Positions 60,349 to 64,000 of a DNA stretch of 64,000 nucleotides are shown piece by piece (position 1 is the stretch's first letter; the number at the start of each line of letters is the position of its first letter). The position numbers and the translations under genes were made by a program. The DNA is taken from contig JAQGDQ010000038.1 in assembly GCA_030141605.1 (NCBI GenBank), forward strand, positions 868,001 to 932,000, written 5' to 3'. The notes under the pieces were generated by a model. The model worked only from the letters and a program-made list of their open reading frames with translations, had not been told where the DNA came from and made no database searches. Source of the stretch: Tubiluchus corallicola (Eukaryota; Animalia; Priapulida).

Positions 60349-61033
60349 TAATTCGAAAATGTATCTATTCATTTAAAATCAGGCTGTCTAAAAGTTGCAA
60401 TACTCTTGTGCAGAGCATATGGAACAGTGAATACAGGTTTCAATCAAAAATTTACCAGCACTGGCTAAAAATTTTATATATGTCAATCAGGCTAACATGA
60501 CTTCATTATATTTTTATTGCAGTCATTTTATTGTATTTACGTATCTTTGTTTTTAGTATTACTTTTAAATTACTGATCTTTTATTGTACATAATGCGTAT
60601 GGAAATGAAATGTTCGGGGGGAGGGGGGTGATTTAATGTGATATATATATTAGTATATAGTAGTGTTTTACAAAATTTTTGTATAATGCGGTCTTTTATT
60701 TTGTACGTTTTCGCTGTTGTTTTAATGTTTTAATATGAAAGAAATTCTGAAATAAAGGTTTAAATTCAATTCAAATTCAAAAGATAACTAAATCCTACTT
60801 TTTGGATTTTAATATGAAATGTGATAACGCCATCATTAATTAAGCAGAGTACATAAAACTCGCGGAGAATCGAAAGAGAGAAACACAAGATTCGCAGAAC
60901 GTCACATTTCTACTATAGAAAAAGGTTTAACCTTACAGACAGATATGTTTACAATGTAGTGAATATAGACATATACACCCCATATACTTGTGTACAATGT
61001 TACGCGCAGATCAGTCTTGAACTTTCTTTCCAG

Positions 61034-61280
61034 AGAGAGAGGATCTTAGAGAAAATTACAGACAGGACACAAAGCTGGGATTTGTGATCAAAGCTATTTA
61101 CACCATGGCACACGGTCTTACAAACATGCATCGTGACATATGTAAGGGGAAGCCAGGTTTGTGCGCTGAAATGAATCCCATCAATGGGAAGCTGCTGCTC
61201 CAGTATCTGATGAATGTGTCATTTATCACACCTCATAATGAGTCGGTTTATTTCAATGAAGACGGCGATCCACCTGGCAG
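61034..61280 (+). CDS. GRM5: Internal coding exon of group I mGluR (QDTKLGFVIKAIY...FNEDGDPPGR)
   Basis: Acceptor actttctttccag ends at 61033; donor gtgag at 61281. In frame with the previous exon: (E)REDLRENYRQDTKLGFVIKAIYTMAHGLTNMHRDICKGKPGLCAEMNPINGKLLLQYLMNVSFITPHNESVYFNEDGDPPG(R). Homologous to mGluR5 QDSKMGFVINAIY...FDENGDSPGR. Confidence 0.95.
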
Positions 61281-61349
61281 GTGAGATAATAACTTGTCTT
61301 TACTGAATTTAATTTAACAGTATGTAAATAAAGGGTCGTTCATAAAAAA

Positions 61350-61530
61350 TTACCTCTAAACTAACTCGTAGCCATTCATCCTGACCACATCATTGTGTAG
61401 CCTCGTTTCTCCCCTTTTCAAAGAGCGATAAATTTTACCCCAAGACCCCACCAAGCGGCGCTAGGATCACTTTTCTAAAAGGTGTTTCTCCGGACATCGG
61501 AGAGTGAAAAACCTCCAAAAATGGCCGCCT
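61350..61530. mobile_element. Diverged internal fragment related to the Helitron family at 20065-23614
   Basis: cacatcattgtgtagcctcgtttctccccttttcaaagagc resembles cacatcatcgtgtagccctgtccttcctctttgtaaagagc. aaaacctccaaaaatggcc is the reverse complement of ggccatttttggaggtttt found in the copies. Confidence 0.55.
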
Positions 61531-62959
61531 TTACTCATTACCGGGAAGCAAAAAGGAGACGTCTTAGTGGCAGTTGGTGATGATCTTGGAGACAAATTTA
61601 TAGTTTAAGGGATAGACTTTGATAAATGACCTTGCACTTCTGTGTGTTGGTAGCACAAACCAATTACCACTGAAAGAGAAAATCGTGTGTGTGAAAGGTT
61701 AACTCCTAGGGAAACATTGCTAGTTAATGCTTACAGATGAATAGGGGGTTTGTGTAACATATTTTCCATCTTGGTTGGTTGTTCCGTGAGTCAGAGTGGT
61801 AGTTTTGAAGCTTGTCACTTTCTGAATTGTGTTTTAATTTCATTATTTGAAAAAGTAAGGAATGTATTGTCAAGAGTTGTCAAATATATATGTTGTCTAA
61901 TGTACCGTCATGCATCATGCCTGTATTAATGTGATGATATGTGACACGTCATAATAGACGTGACGTGGTGATATGATGTGATATAACTTTCATATGATAT
62001 TATATTTCTAGTTATATTAGTGTGATATGATTTTGTGTGATGTCATTATGACGAGATGTGATATAGACTAGGTGTGGTTTCATGTAATGCTTTGCATGTC
62101 ATGCTAGATATTCAGTGGCGTAATGCAATGTGATGTAATAAGTATTATGATGTCATATTACGTACATCGTAAGAAATTCTACAAAGTGTGGTACTGTAGT
62201 TAATTAATGTGTAATAACCGAGATGTAAACAATAACCTTCAGCAAATCAATCAAACCATATCAGCGTGAACAAGCTGCTATACTAGTCGTTTATCACAAT
62301 TTTTATGACATTACTTCCGAGGCGTCTTCTTGAAGCACACTGCTCGTGTGCTGCTGCAAAATTTGTAAAGAACCTCTTTCCCTGTACTTCTCTTTCACTG
62401 TACTTCTCTTTTCACTTGTGTAGTTCGAAGTCGTCACTCACTTCAGTTTAAATGCACAGCTGCGACCAACATTAAATTTGTTGCTTCATACACAAATGCT
62501 CTAAGTTGCTGTAAATTGACCCTGGCAATACTTCAAACCAATTCTATTAAGTTGTCGTCAGATGCTCGTGCCATATATTGTCATACAGTTGAAGAAATTA
62601 TCGGTGGCCCATTAAGAAATAACTTATATTATAGGCCAATCAGTAATATTTTAAATATTTTTTGGTTTGGGGCAGAAACAATGAAATAATAAAAAAATTT
62701 CCGAAATAATTTCTTGCACATCTGCATTTCTAAAATTTTTTTCCTTTTAAATCGCAAAAATCATTTTGTTCTCTCTATGATGCACTTGAATACCGGCTGA
62801 TCCAGCAAACCACGAACGTGCTTTGGAACTGCTAAGAACGACCTGTATCCATGATCGGCAGAGAAGCTTAACGAATGAAGTTACTTTTCTTCCCTGCAGT
62901 GAGACTGTAGCCTTTTGTTTTTTCTTTACTGTCATGGTGTAGCCCAGTAACTTAGTGTT

Positions 62960-63158
62960 TTTTCTTTACTGCAAAGGGACTAAACATACTTTCTTTACCA
63001 GTAGACTTAGGGAGTATATATACTTTTTTACATGCAGATTTAGGGAGTAAACATACTTTCTTTACGCGCAGACTTAGGGAGTATACATGCCTTCTTTATC
63101 AGTAGATTTGGGTAGTATATATGCTTTCTTTACACGCAGACTTAGGGAGTATACATAC
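62960..63158. repeat. ~34-bp minisatellite, ~6 copies
   Basis: Consensus tttctttacacgcagacttagggagtatacatac. Confidence 0.85.
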
Positions 63159-64000
63159 TGAAAAGAACTCAGCAAGGGGCGATAATTTTCATCTCATCAG
63201 GACGGTCTCTGTTATTGAAATCAGTTTTTCCAAACTTATCGGCGGCTGCACGGATTTATTTTAAATTTGTCGGCTGATGACTGCTAGCATTCAATGTGAT
63301 TGATGAAGCAAAGAATTGATTTGATTAACCCTACGTTGACCACACATTGAGAAGTTGTGTTGTCAACACAGAGATGAAAAACTTGGATTGTATCGCGCAG
63401 AGGCACCATAAGTTTTTACTTACTATGTTGACACAGAGCATAGTCCGCTGTAGGTTTATTGTGTAATGAGTGTTTCTGAGAATAATGAAACGCCGTCAGA
63501 GTCTATGTGGATCTAGAACTGGACTCTACGGTCACGTAAGAAGACACGTATAGGCGAAAAGATGTCGTCGTCGAAAGCAATGCAACTTACTTAAGCAAAA
63601 AATCAAAGTAATCAATGTAATGAACAGAATTCAGGCTTGATCTGTGACCTTCTGAAATGGCTCGGTGGTTAAAGTGGTGTCAAACACTGAAATAAAATTT
63701 TTCCAGCGTTTTCTCAAGCTGTTACAGTTACACTGGCAGCTGTTGCAAAATTTACACAAAAAAAATATAGGGAAACTATTTTATTTCACTGCACGTGTTG
63801 TCATTTAAATAGTAAATAAAATAATTGAAAGTGTGGGCAGACGGCAGTTAATTGTCTTAGGCGGAACACAACACTATATGTGTCTTATAAAACAAAGCGG
63901 GTTATACACTCTTGGGACTATGATAAACTGGTTGCTGACACTGTTAACACAAGTTTGTTCCCTTACATTTTTCACATTAATTGTTTTGAGAGAAATAGTA

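Larger units (their letters stand above)
54060..60780 (+). mobile_element. Decayed non-LTR retrotransposon (RTE-X/CR1-like LINE) interrupted by the P element and a MITE
   Basis: ORF1-like piece at 54285-54650 ends in WPLGTRVKPFY. Endonuclease start LNIVSYNCCS...IILLQE at 54628. RT motifs VPLVKDKNGNL..NNY.PI and IDVSKVFDRV flank the P element; YLGH follows. C-terminus DTIIRKCIYSFKIRL...HWLKILY is split by the MITE. 3' end is ctgaaataaa followed by (aattc)n. The 5' boundary is approximate. Confidence 0.85.

Noticed and set aside
62960-63158. Possible CRISPR-like array (also 48786-49007)
   Set aside because: The repeats are contiguous and degenerate, with no unique spacers or cas genes, in a eukaryotic intron.

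Overview
This is AT-rich, microsatellite-rich animal (probably invertebrate) genomic DNA, not prokaryotic. The only host coding sequence I can support is three internal + strand exons (37110-37356, 53049-53269, 61034-61280) of a group I metabotropic glutamate receptor (GRM1/GRM5-like), encoding part of the Venus-flytrap ligand-binding domain. Their GT-AG splice sites join in frame (phases 1-2-1-2). The rest appears to be intron, filled with transposons. One intron holds a nested insertion: a decayed RTE-X/CR1-like LINE split by a 2813-bp THAP/P-element transposon (63-bp TIRs, perfect 8-bp TSD) and by an 840-bp PIF/Harbinger MITE (TAA TSD). Also present are a head-to-tail array of non-autonomous Helitrons (about 20065-23614), a hAT MITE with an 8-bp TSD, several LINE 3' fragments, tRNA-like SINE remnants, minisatellites, a perfect 131-bp tandem duplication and a ~90-bp-arm inverted repeat just downstream of the first exon. 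Most listed ORFs are microsatellite or chance artefacts. I found no convincing wholly new biological system; the best leads are the P-like element, the Helitron array and the intronic hairpin.
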